64,000 nt of DNA from an uncultured bacterium (lineage in GTDB: Bacteria; Patescibacteriota; Patescibacteriia; SG8-24; DYFX01), in contig CALCDZ010000004.1 in assembly GCA_937900255.1 (NCBI GenBank), positions 198,391 through 262,390 on the forward strand. Reading direction: 5' to 3'. Position 1 is the first letter of the stretch; each line of letters begins with the position of its first letter. The notes below the pieces were generated by a model. The model was not told where the DNA came from. It was given only the letters and a program-made list of their open reading frames with translations, and did not search any database. Below are positions 37,529 to 45,164 of the stretch, one piece after another. A program made the translations under genes and the position numbers.

Positions 37529-38083
37529 ATGCATACCGTCATCGAGGATTTCCGTTCCGAGTTCGAGCAGGTCGTCGAGTTCTTCAGGTCGGACCTGAAC
37601 GGGTTGCGCACCGGGCGCGCCAACGCCGCCATGGTCGAAGACATCCCGGTCGAGGCCTACGGCGGCATGATGACCGTGAAGGGCGTCGGGTCGATCCTGG
37701 TCCCGGACGCCAAGACCATCATCGTCGAGCCTTGGGACAAGGCGCTCACCAAGGAAATCGAAAAAGCCCTCCGCCAGGCGCCGATTGGCGTGAATCCGGT
37801 GGTCGACGGCGCCCGCATCCGTCTGAGCCTCCCGCCGATGACCGAAGAAGGCCGCCGGGAGATGGTCAAGATCGTCGGTAAAAAGGCTGAAGAGGCGCAT
37901 ATCGGCGTCCGCGGCGTCCGCGAGCGCGCCAAGGACGAGCTCAACCGGATGGAAAAAGAGAAGGAGATCACCGAAGACGAGCGTTTCCGCCTCCAGGAGA
38001 CCCTTGAGACCATCGTCAAGATCTGGAACGACAAGATCCGCGACATCTCGGCCGAAAAGGAACAGGAAATCCTGACGATCTGA
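37529..38083 (+). CDS. frr: Ribosome recycling factor
   Basis: LRTGRAN, EPWD, PPMTEEGR, ITEDE, KEQEI. Confidence 0.96.
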   Translation: MHTVIEDFRSEFEQVVEFFRSDLNGLRTGRANAAMVEDIPVEAYGGMMTVKGVGSILVPDAKTIIVEPWDKALTKEIEKALRQAPIGVNPVVDGARIRLSLPPMTEEGRREMVKIVGKKAEEAHIGVRGVRERAKDELNRMEKEKEITEDERFRLQETLETIVKIWNDKIRDISAEKEQEILTI

Positions 38084-38146
38084 TGTCCATGCCCGGAAGC
38101 GTCCGCACCCTTGAAGGGTGCGGTTTCGTATGATAGCCTGGCCCAT

Positions 38147-39469
38147 ATGACTGACATGGAAAAACTGGTTTCCCTGGCGAAACGGCGCGGTTTCGTTTTT
38201 CCCGGCTCCGACATCTACGGCGGATTGGCGAACTCCTGGGATTACGGGCCGCTCGGCACCGAACTCAAGCGCAACATCATGGACGCCTGGTGGAAGCGCT
38301 TCGTGACGCGTCGCGACGACATGGTCGGCATCGACGCCGCCATCATCATGAATCCAAAGGTCTGGGAAGCCTCCGGTCACCTGGAAGCCTTCACCGACCC
38401 GCTCGTCGAGTGCAGGAAGTGCCACACGCGCTTCCGTGCCGACCAGATCGACGTGGCCAAGCCCTGCGCCCACTGCGGCGCCAAGGACGGCTTCACCGAA
38501 CCGAAGAACTTCAACCTGATGTTCAAGACGTTCCTCGGCTCCACCGAGAGCGCCGCCGACACCGCCTACCTGCGCGGCGAGTTGGCCCAGGCCATGTTCG
38601 TCGACTTCAAGCTCGTCGTCGATACCATGCGCAAGCGCGTGCCGTTCGGCATCGCCCAGCAGGGGAAGTGCTTCAGGAACGAGATCACGCCGGGCAACTT
38701 CATCTTCCGCACCCGCGAATTCAACCTGATGGAGTTCGAGTACTTCGTGCATCCCGACGAATGGCAGAAGCATTTCGAATACTGGCTCCAGGAGATGAAG
38801 GACTGGCTGGATTTCTGCGGCGTGAAGCGCGAGCACCTGGTCTTCCATGAGATCGAGGACGGCGAGCGGGCGCACTACTCCGCGCGGACGGTCGATATCG
38901 AATACCAATATCCCTTCGGCATCAAGGAACTCTACGGCATCGCGTACCGCGGCGATTATGACCTCAAGAAGCACATCGAGAAATCGGGCGAGGACCTTTC
39001 CTTCACCGATCCGGCGACCGGGCAGAAATACGTCCCGCACGTGGTCGAACCGACCTTCGGCATCGACCGCACCGTCCTGCTCGTGATGCTCGAAGCTTAC
39101 GCCGAAGAGCAGGCCGCGACCTCCGAAGAAGGCGAGACCGATCTGCGCGTCGTCATGCGCTTCCCGAAGGCACTCGCGCCGTTCAAGGTCGCCGTGCTGC
39201 CGCTCTCAAAAAAGGAAGAGCTCTCCGTTCCGGCTCGCGAACTGGCCGCCAAGCTCCGCCAGCATTGGGCGACCGACTACGACGAGACGCAGTCGATCGG
39301 CAAGCGCTATCGCCGCCAGGACGAGGTCGGCACGCCGTACTGCATCACCTACGACTTCGAGACGCTGAACGACCAGGCCGTGACCGTCCGCGACCGCGAC
39401 AGCATGAAACAGGAGCGCGTGAAGATATCGGAGCTCGAGGCGCATCTCACTCAACAGCTTGGCTTCTAG
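38147..39469 (+). CDS. glyQS: Glycine--tRNA ligase, alpha2 (eukaryote/archaea-like) type
   Basis: KRRGF, YGG...DYGPLG, FNLMF, FRNEITPGNFIFRTREF, SIGKRYRRQDEVGTP. Confidence 0.96.
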   Translation: MTDMEKLVSLAKRRGFVFPGSDIYGGLANSWDYGPLGTELKRNIMDAWWKRFVTRRDDMVGIDAAIIMNPKVWEASGHLEAFTDPLVECRKCHTRFRADQIDVAKPCAHCGAKDGFTEPKNFNLMFKTFLGSTESAADTAYLRGELAQAMFVDFKLVVDTMRKRVPFGIAQQGKCFRNEITPGNFIFRTREFNLMEFEYFVHPDEWQKHFEYWLQEMKDWLDFCGVKREHLVFHEIEDGERAHYSARTVDIEYQYPFGIKELYGIAYRGDYDLKKHIEKSGEDLSFTDPATGQKYVPHVVEPTFGIDRTVLLVMLEAYAEEQAATSEEGETDLRVVMRFPKALAPFKVAVLPLSKKEELSVPARELAAKLRQHWATDYDETQSIGKRYRRQDEVGTPYCITYDFETLNDQAVTVRDRDSMKQERVKISELEAHLTQQLGF

Positions 39470-39470
39470 G

Positions 39471-40751
39471 ATGGCGCTTTACCGGAAGACGACCCTCAAG
39501 AACGGCACCCGCGTCATCCTCGTGCCGTCCCACGACACGCAAGCCTGCACCGTGCTGGTGCTCTTCGAGGTCGGCAGCCGCTACGAACCCCCGGCGCTGG
39601 CCGGCGCCTCGCATTACGTGGAACACATGATGTTCAAGGGCACGAAGAAGCGCCCGACCACCATGGCGATCAGCCGCGACCTCGATTCGGTCGGCGCGGA
39701 TTACAACGCGTTCACCGGAAAGGACTACACCGGCTATTACATCAAGCTGAACGCCGAGAAGACGCCGCTCGCGGTCGACATGCTCCACGACATGCTCTTC
39801 CGTTCGACGTATCGCGCCGAGGAATGCAAGCGCGAGCGCGAGGTCATCAAGGAGGAGATCAACATGTACGAGGATAACCCGATCATGCAGGCCGAGGAAC
39901 TCCTGGAGGAACTCGTCTACCAAGGCGCACTGGCACGTCCCATCGCCGGCACGCACGCGACGATGGACGGCATCGGGCGCGAGGCGCTCATCCGGTACCG
40001 CGACGAATATTACGTGCCGTCCCGGATGATCGTCTCGGTGGCCGGCAAGATCGGCGACGACGTCCTGGGCCTGCTTGAGGCGACCTTCGGCCGCGTGAAG
40101 GAACCCAGGAAGAAAGCCCGTACGTTCGCCCCGTCCGCCCTTTCGGCAGGCGGACCTCGATTGGCCTTGAAATACAAGGATACCGAGCAGATCCAGTTCG
40201 CGCTCGGGTTTCCCGGCTACCCGTACGGCCACCCCAAGATGGCGGCGCTCAGCGTGCTCTCCACCATCCTGGGCGGCGGCATGTCCTCGCGCCTGTTCAC
40301 CGAAGTGCGCGAACGGCGCGGCTTGGCGTATTCGGTCCGCTCGGGCCTCAACCCGTATCAGGACGTCGGGAATTTCGCGATCCAGGCGGGGCTCACCAAG
40401 GCCAAGATCGAGGAAGGCATCACGGTCATCCTCAAGGAAATCGGCAAGCTGGTGAAGTCGGGCGTGACGGCCGAAGAATTGACGCGCGGCAAGGAATACA
40501 TCAAAGGAAAGACGGTGCTGGGCCTCGAAGAGTCGAGTGCCCTGGCCGAATTCTTCGCCAAGCAGGAGCTCCTGCAGCGCGCGATGGAGACGCCGGAAGA
40601 GAAACTCGCCAAGATCGAGGCCGTCACGCGCGAGGAGATCCGCGACGTCGCCAGAGAGATCTTCCGCACGTCATCCCTTTCGGCGGCGCTGATCGGTCCC
40701 TATAAGGACAAGGCGCCGTTCATGAAGCTCCTGCGTGTCCCGAACGCCTGA
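39471..40751 (+). CDS. M16 family zinc metallopeptidase
   Basis: HYVEHMMFKGT (HxxEH), NAFT, GGGMSSRLF.EVRERRGLAY. Confidence 0.95.
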   Translation: MALYRKTTLKNGTRVILVPSHDTQACTVLVLFEVGSRYEPPALAGASHYVEHMMFKGTKKRPTTMAISRDLDSVGADYNAFTGKDYTGYYIKLNAEKTPLAVDMLHDMLFRSTYRAEECKREREVIKEEINMYEDNPIMQAEELLEELVYQGALARPIAGTHATMDGIGREALIRYRDEYYVPSRMIVSVAGKIGDDVLGLLEATFGRVKEPRKKARTFAPSALSAGGPRLALKYKDTEQIQFALGFPGYPYGHPKMAALSVLSTILGGGMSSRLFTEVRERRGLAYSVRSGLNPYQDVGNFAIQAGLTKAKIEEGITVILKEIGKLVKSGVTAEELTRGKEYIKGKTVLGLEESSALAEFFAKQELLQRAMETPEEKLAKIEAVTREEIRDVAREIFRTSSLSAALIGPYKDKAPFMKLLRVPNA

Positions 40752-40756
40752 AACCT

Positions 40757-41509
40757 ATGCATAAGCTTTTCTTGGCCAACTGGAAGATGTACCTGAGCGA
40801 CGCCGACGCCGAAGCGCTGGCGCGGGTGTTCCTCGAAAGCGCGCTGGCGACGCCGGCGGACGTGGCCGTGGCCCCTTCATTCACCGCGCTCGACCGCGTG
40901 GCGCGGGTCCTGCATGGTTCTCCGGTCTCGCTCGGCGCTCAGGACGTCTTCTGGACCGATGGCGGAGCGTATACGGGCGAAGTCTCGCCACGGCAGCTTC
41001 TTGACCTGGGAGCCCGCTATGCCATCATCGGCCACTCCGAACGCCGCGCGTATCTCGGGGAGACGGATGCCATGGTCGCGAAGAAGGCTTCCGCCGCGCA
41101 GTCGGCCGGGTTGACGCCGGTCATCTGCGTCGGTGAAACCATGGAGGAGCGCGAGAGCGGCAGGCATGAAGCCAGGGTCTCTTCACAGGTGCTTTCGGCA
41201 TGCGAAGGACTGCCCGTCTCTCCGGACCGCCCGCTGGTCGTTGCGTATGAACCGCGCTGGGCGATCGGCAGCGGAACGCCCTGCCGCGTTGAGGACGTCG
41301 TCCTGATGCATGGCGTGATCCGCGCCACTTTGGCCGGTCTTGCGGGCGAGGACGCGGCACGGAGCGTCCGAGTGCTCTATGGCGGCTCCGTCGACCGGTC
41401 GAACGTCGCGGAGTATCTGGCTTCGCCGGCCGTCGATGGCGCCCTCGTCGGGGGTGCGAGCACTCGGCCGGACGAAGTCCGCGCCCTCATTTCGGCCTTC
41501 GCCCGCTGA
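40757..41509 (+). CDS. tpiA: Triosephosphate isomerase
   Basis: ANWKM, GAYTGEVS, GHSERR, AYEPRWAIG, YGGSV, LVGGAS. Confidence 0.97.
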   Translation: MHKLFLANWKMYLSDADAEALARVFLESALATPADVAVAPSFTALDRVARVLHGSPVSLGAQDVFWTDGGAYTGEVSPRQLLDLGARYAIIGHSERRAYLGETDAMVAKKASAAQSAGLTPVICVGETMEERESGRHEARVSSQVLSACEGLPVSPDRPLVVAYEPRWAIGSGTPCRVEDVVLMHGVIRATLAGLAGEDAARSVRVLYGGSVDRSNVAEYLASPAVDGALVGGASTRPDEVRALISAFAR

Positions 41510-41511
41510 GT

Positions 41512-42432
41512 ATGTGGAACCTCATCGGTTTCATCCTCCTCGCGACCGGCGCCTGGCTCGTCTACGGCGTCCTGGTCAAGAAATTCCCCCAGCTCAAGCT
41601 GATCGATCTTTCGACGTTGGCCAAAGAGCGCCATGCCGAGGTGAAGGCGCGCATCATGCGCACGCGCTTCGATCGCGGCCTCGGCGAGGTCCGTGACAAG
41701 ACGGCTACGGCCGTCGGCAGGGCCGCGTCCGGCATCCGCGGCGTCTTCGAGCGTGCCTACGGCTCGCTTCGCCGCATGGAGTCGAAGATGGAAGCGAGGG
41801 CCGTGATGGAAGCGAGGACCGTCCCTGCAGCGAAGATTGTGCCGAAGACGCCTGCGGCGACGGCGGACATCCCGACGGATTTGGAGTCGGCCGAGCGCGC
41901 GCGCAGGGAAGCGCGTTACGAGGAGGCCGAACGCGCGTACATCGCCGCGCTCAAGGAGGACGCCAAGAACATCGATGCCTATCGCGGCTTGTCGGATCTG
42001 TATATCGACCAGAAGCTTTACGATCAGGCCGCCGAGACGCTGGAGTTCCTCCTGCGCCTCACCGGGGACGACGACCGGGCGCTCGGGCGCCTCGGGCTGG
42101 TCGAAGTTTCGCGCGGCAACTTCGAACGGGCGGAGGCCCGCTACTTGCGTTCGATCGAGATTTCGGCCAACGCCACGAGTTATCGGGCCGAGCTCGGGAA
42201 GGTCTATCTGGCGGCGGGGGATGTCCCTCGGGCCTACGAGCAGTTCCGGGCCGTCCTCCAAGAGGAACCGCACAACCCCAAGTACCTTGATTATTTTTTG
42301 GAAGCGAGTATACTCGTAAGCGACCCGGACGCGGCCCGTGGAGCCCTGGGGGCTCTTGAGGAGGTCAACCCCGAGAACGCCAAGCTCGAGGAGTTCCGCA
42401 AGCGGGTGGAGGAGATGCCGGAAAAGGCTTGA
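41512..42432 (+). CDS. Membrane-anchored TPR protein
   Basis: N-terminal TM; TPR helices; PHNPKYLD, VNPENAKL. Confidence 0.8.
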   Translation: MWNLIGFILLATGAWLVYGVLVKKFPQLKLIDLSTLAKERHAEVKARIMRTRFDRGLGEVRDKTATAVGRAASGIRGVFERAYGSLRRMESKMEARAVMEARTVPAAKIVPKTPAATADIPTDLESAERARREARYEEAERAYIAALKEDAKNIDAYRGLSDLYIDQKLYDQAAETLEFLLRLTGDDDRALGRLGLVEVSRGNFERAEARYLRSIEISANATSYRAELGKVYLAAGDVPRAYEQFRAVLQEEPHNPKYLDYFLEASILVSDPDAARGALGALEEVNPENAKLEEFRKRVEEMPEKA

Positions 42433-42439
42433 AGATGAT

Positions 42440-42515
42440 GCCGACGTAGCTCAGTTGGTAGAGCGTGTCCATGGTAAGGACAAGGTCACCGGTTCGATCC
42501 CGGTCGTCGGCTCCA
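42440..42515 (+). tRNA. tRNA-Thr(GGT)
   Basis: Cloverleaf GCCGACG/CGTCGGC, anticodon arm TGTCC-ATGGTAA-GGACA, TTCGA, encoded CCA. Confidence 0.96.
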
Positions 42516-42602
42516 GGGCAGTTACTCAAGCGGTCAACGAGGGCAGACTGTAAATCTGCTGGCCTTGTGCCTTCCAAGGTTCGAATCCTTGACTGCCCAC
42601 CA
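42516..42602 (+). tRNA. tRNA-Tyr(GTA)
   Basis: GCAGA-CTGTAAA-TCTGC, long variable arm, encoded ACCA. Confidence 0.96.
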
Positions 42603-42603
42603 G

Positions 42604-42679
42604 GCCACCTTAGCTCAGCCGGTAGAGCACCAGTTTTGTAAACTGGTTGTCCCGGGTTCAATCCCCGGAGGTGGCTCCA
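42604..42679 (+). tRNA. tRNA-Thr(TGT)
   Basis: GCCACCT/AGGTGGC, CCAGT-TTTGTAA-ACTGG, encoded CCA. Confidence 0.96.
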
Positions 42680-42707
42680 GCGACGATCATCCAGGTCCGC
42701 AAGGGAC

Positions 42708-42736
42708 TTGACGAAAAACCCGCCCAAGGGCATACT
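42708..42736 (+). promoter_or_regulatory. rpmG promoter TTGACG-N17-CATACT
   Basis: Consensus spacing, 25 nt upstream of ATG. Confidence 0.6.
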
Positions 42737-42761
42737 TGCCCAGTCAATTTCAACGAATACT

Positions 42762-42923
42762 ATGTCCCAGGACAACCTCATCAAGCTGGAGTGCACCGTG
42801 CTTGGGTGCAAGAACGCCAACTACCACTCGCACAAGAACAAGAAGAAGCTCAAGGTCCGCCTTGAGATGAGCAAGTATTGCAAGAACTGCAAGAAACACA
42901 CGGTCCACAAGGAGACCAAGTGA
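42762..42923 (+). CDS. rpmG: 50S ribosomal protein bL33 (Zn-ribbon form)
   Basis: [10 protein letters not shown]...NY...KNKK...[21 protein letters not shown]. Confidence 0.96.
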   Translation: MSQDNLIKLECTVLGCKNANYHSHKNKKKLKVRLEMSKYCKNCKKHTVHKETK

Positions 42924-42962
42924 GGATGCGATCTTGGCCGCCCGAAAGGGCGGTCTTGATTT

Positions 42963-43763
42963 TCACCTGAGAAGTTCGAATCGGTACCCGTGCTTCCGGA
43001 GCTTGGGAATCAGGACTTTGAGAGCCGCGCCGGTCGCCGGGGCGTTCGGTCCGCCGAGGTGCATGAGGATCACCCCGCCCGGGCGCGCCGCGGACATGAC
43101 GGAACGCGCGATCGCGTCAGGGTTCCGATTGAAGGCGTCTCCCGAGAAGACGCTGCCGTCGTCGATCCGCAGTCCTGCGGATGCGACGAGCGCGTCGTCA
43201 TGGGCAGAGCGGCAAAGGCCCGGGTAGCGGAAAAGGGTCGGGGCGCGACCGGTCAGGCCTTCCAGGATGCGCTGGGTCTTGGAGATCTCCTCGAGCTTGG
43301 CGGCGTCGGTGGAGACCGTCGGCAGCCCGTAGCAGGGACTCTCGAAGCCGGCGTGGTCGTAGCTGTGGTTGCCGAAAGCGTAGGACCCTTCGGACGCGAG
43401 CTTCCCGATCAGTTCTGGGTACGCTTCCGCGAACAGGCCGGTCACGAAGATGGTGGCCGGCACGCGCTCCGCGTCGAGCGTCTCGATGATGGAGGGATCA
43501 TACCAGGAAGCGACGCGGCCCGAGCGCAAGCGCTTCAGCATGCCGGGCGTCATGTCGGCATCAAAGGTGAGGTAGATCGGCCTGCCCTCCTCAGGCGTCC
43601 CCGTCGCCGCTGGACCGGCTTCGGGAGCCGTGGTCGCGGCGGGCGCAAGGCGGCGTGGGAGGGAAGCGGCCTTTTCCGGGCTGCCTGTCCGCACGCAACC
43701 TGCCCCGATCGACGCGATGAGGGAGACGGCCAGCAGCAGCTTCATTCCGGAATCGTTTTTCAT
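42963..43763 (-). CDS. Polysaccharide deacetylase (CE4/NodB) lipoprotein
   Basis: SIGAG-C lipobox; YLTFDAD, ATIFVTG, GNHSYDH, FRYPG, GGVILMH. Confidence 0.9.
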   Translation of the reverse strand: MKNDSGMKLLLAVSLIASIGAGCVRTGSPEKAASLPRRLAPAATTAPEAGPAATGTPEEGRPIYLTFDADMTPGMLKRLRSGRVASWYDPSIIETLDAERVPATIFVTGLFAEAYPELIGKLASEGSYAFGNHSYDHAGFESPCYGLPTVSTDAAKLEEISKTQRILEGLTGRAPTLFRYPGLCRSAHDDALVASAGLRIDDGSVFSGDAFNRNPDAIARSVMSAARPGGVILMHLGGPNAPATGAALKVLIPKLRKHGYRFELLR

Positions 43764-43864
43764 GGCGGCAGTATAGCGGGACCCCCGTGTTCCCGTCACG
43801 TCCGGCCTTGCCAGGGGTGCGCCGCTGGGCTATCATGCGTTCGTGCTTTCCGGCCGAAAAACAC

Positions 43865-43938
43865 GGGGGCGTGGTGAAATGGTATCACAAGGGTCTCCAA
43901 AACCCTTGTCGTGGGTTCGATTCCTACCGCCCCTGCCA
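43865..43938 (+). tRNA. tRNA-Trp(CCA)
   Basis: AGGGT-CTCCAAA-ACCCT, GTTCGATTC, GCCA end; promoter TTGCCA-N17-TATCAT at 43808-43836. Confidence 0.95.
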
Positions 43939-44013
43939 AGAGCTGGCTTGTACCTGAGACTTCCTAGCGAAGTCGAGCCCCAGTTCCCAAGACCGAGTCC
44001 CACAAGCCAGTTG

Positions 44014-44049
44014 CTGAAAAACCGCCATCTCAGGATGGTGGTTTTTCAG
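44014..44049. terminator. Strong bidirectional hairpin terminator after tRNA-Trp
   Basis: CTGAAAAACCGCCATC-TCAG-GATGGTGGTTTTTCAG. Confidence 0.75.
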
Positions 44050-44125
44050 TCATTCCGATGTGCAACATCGTCTTAAAGCCCTGGAACATGTCTGATTCAT
44101 CATCGCTTGCTGTCGTACGTCCCGC

Positions 44126-44154
44126 TTTACAAATATCCGGTCTTCCATTATGAT
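44126..44154 (+). promoter_or_regulatory. Promoter of precursor 1, TTTACA-N17-TATGAT
   Basis: Direct sequence match 6 nt before the 5' hairpin. Confidence 0.7.
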
Positions 44155-44160
44155 TCGGCC

Positions 44161-44214
44161 TGTCGAGAAACGGTCAGGGGCATCCATGCCGGATGCCCGG
44201 CCGGTTTCACGGCA
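44161..44214 (+). repeat. Conserved 5'-UTR hairpin, copy 1
   Basis: TGTCG-A-GAAAC-GGTC-AG-GGGCATCC-ATGCC-GGATGCCC-GGCC-G-GTTTC-A-CGGCA; homologous to 44513-44564. Confidence 0.75.
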
Positions 44215-44232
44215 TATACGGAAGGAAAAACA

Positions 44233-44409
44233 GTGAAAAGACAGAAAGCGAAATTGCAACTGGGCCGCGAGACGTTGAGGGCGCTGACCGAGGCGGACGC
44301 CCGCGAGGTCCTCGGCGGCCAAGGTCCTCGGACCTCGTCGCAGTTTGGTAGCTGCAACAGCTGCGATCTGAGCTGCCCGCCCGGATGCTCGCCGAGCATC
44401 ACCTGCTAG
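44233..44409 (+). CDS. RiPP (lanthipeptide-like) precursor peptide 1, 58 aa
   Basis: MKRQKAKLQLGRETLRALTEADAREVLGG|QGPRTSSQFGSCNSCDLSCPPGCSPSITC; GTG start after GGAAGGA; core has 5 Cys and 9 Ser/Thr. Confidence 0.8.
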   Translation: MKRQKAKLQLGRETLRALTEADAREVLGGQGPRTSSQFGSCNSCDLSCPPGCSPSITC

Positions 44410-44424
44410 GCAGGCTGGCATCAC

Positions 44425-44451
44425 GCCGCTCCTGATGGAGCGGCTTTATTT
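44425..44451 (+). terminator. Terminator of precursor 1
   Basis: GCCGCTCC-TGAT-GGAGCGGC-TTTATTT. Confidence 0.8.
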
Positions 44452-44476
44452 ATGCTTCATATGGACCATGTGCCTC

Positions 44477-44505
44477 TTGACAGGGTTTTTGATCTTCTGT
44501 ACACT
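44477..44505 (+). promoter_or_regulatory. Promoter of precursor 2, TTGACA-N17-TACACT
   Basis: Direct sequence match 7 nt before the 5' hairpin. Confidence 0.75.
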
Positions 44506-44512
44506 CCGGCAA

Positions 44513-44564
44513 GTCGAGGGACGGTCACGGACATTCATTCCGGATGTCTGGCCGGTTTCACGAC
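44513..44564 (+). repeat. Conserved 5'-UTR hairpin, copy 2
   Basis: GTCG-A-GGGAC-GGTC-AC-GGACATTC-ATTCC-GGATGTCT-GGCC-G-GTTTC-A-CGAC. Confidence 0.75.
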
Positions 44565-44586
44565 ATGTACACAGGAAGGAAGAAGG

Positions 44587-44790
44587 ATGAAGCAATTGCA
44601 TCGGAAGAGACTGGTGCTCGGAAGCGAGACCGTGCGAGTCCTGGCCGACACGGACCTCACCGTGATCGCCGGCGGCATGATCAGCAACAGCAATCTGACG
44701 TGCACTCCGCAGTGCGAGACCCGAATCGGCTGCCCGAGCCAGATCGTCACTTGCGGGCGCTGCACCTCGCAGGGTGAGGCGGGCTGCTGA
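44587..44790 (+). CDS. RiPP (lanthipeptide-like) precursor peptide 2, 67 aa
   Basis: MKQLHRKRLVLGSETVRVLADTDLTVIAGG|MISNSNLTCTPQCETRIGCPSQIVTCGRCTSQGEAGC; purine-rich RBS; core has 6 Cys and 9 Ser/Thr. Confidence 0.8.
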   Translation: MKQLHRKRLVLGSETVRVLADTDLTVIAGGMISNSNLTCTPQCETRIGCPSQIVTCGRCTSQGEAGC

Positions 44791-44808
44791 TCGGCAGCAC
44801 GAGCCCGT

Positions 44809-44840
44809 ACCGCCGCTCGTTGTAGTGGCGGTTTTTTCTT
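44809..44840 (+). terminator. Terminator of precursor 2
   Basis: ACCGCCGCT-CGTTGT-AGTGGCGGT-TTTTTCTT. Confidence 0.75.
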
Positions 44841-44880
44841 AAAGACTTTTTGTCCCGAGGATTTGCTATGCTGTATGCCT

Positions 44881-45123
44881 ATGCCTTGGTATGCCTATCT
44901 CTTGCGCTGCGGCGACGGGACGCTGTATGCGGGCGCGACTAATGACGTGGAGGTCCGTTTTAAGGCCCACGAGGAAGGGCGCGGCGCGAAATATACGCGA
45001 GGGCGCGGTCCGCTCACGCTCGTCTGGAAGAAAAAGACGGCGGGACGGAGCGCGGCGCTCAGGCTGGAGGCGCGAATCAAGAGGATGACGCGCCAGGCCA
45101 AGCTGGATTTGCTGAAGGGCTGA
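44881..45123 (+). CDS. GIY-YIG nuclease family protein (UPF0213)
   Basis: WYAYLLRCGDGTLYAGATND...GAKYTRGRGP...ALRLEARIK. Confidence 0.9.
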   Translation: MPWYAYLLRCGDGTLYAGATNDVEVRFKAHEEGRGAKYTRGRGPLTLVWKKKTAGRSAALRLEARIKRMTRQAKLDLLKG

Positions 45124-45164
45124 CGCTTCCAAAAAAGCGCCATTGTTGCTAGCGTAGACGCGTT

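Noticed and set aside
41788-41823. 18-nt tandem repeat (MEARAV/MEARTV)
   Set aside because: Only two copies within a coding linker; not an array.
43865-43938. Alternative genetic code (UGA recoding)
   Set aside because: The tRNA-Trp anticodon is CCA, and TGA ends many conserved genes at the expected lengths (mraY, lon, tpiA).
43939-44012. HDV-like/theta ribozyme downstream of tRNA-Trp
   Set aside because: A P1-like pairing exists, but the nested P2/P3/P1.1 elements and catalytic J4/2 could not be assigned.
44107-44790. Longer 100-aa and 112-aa versions of the precursor ORFs with similar N-termini
   Set aside because: The extensions run through the promoters and the shared UTR hairpin; the similarity is explained by RNA/DNA conservation, and RBSs lie before 44233 and 44587.
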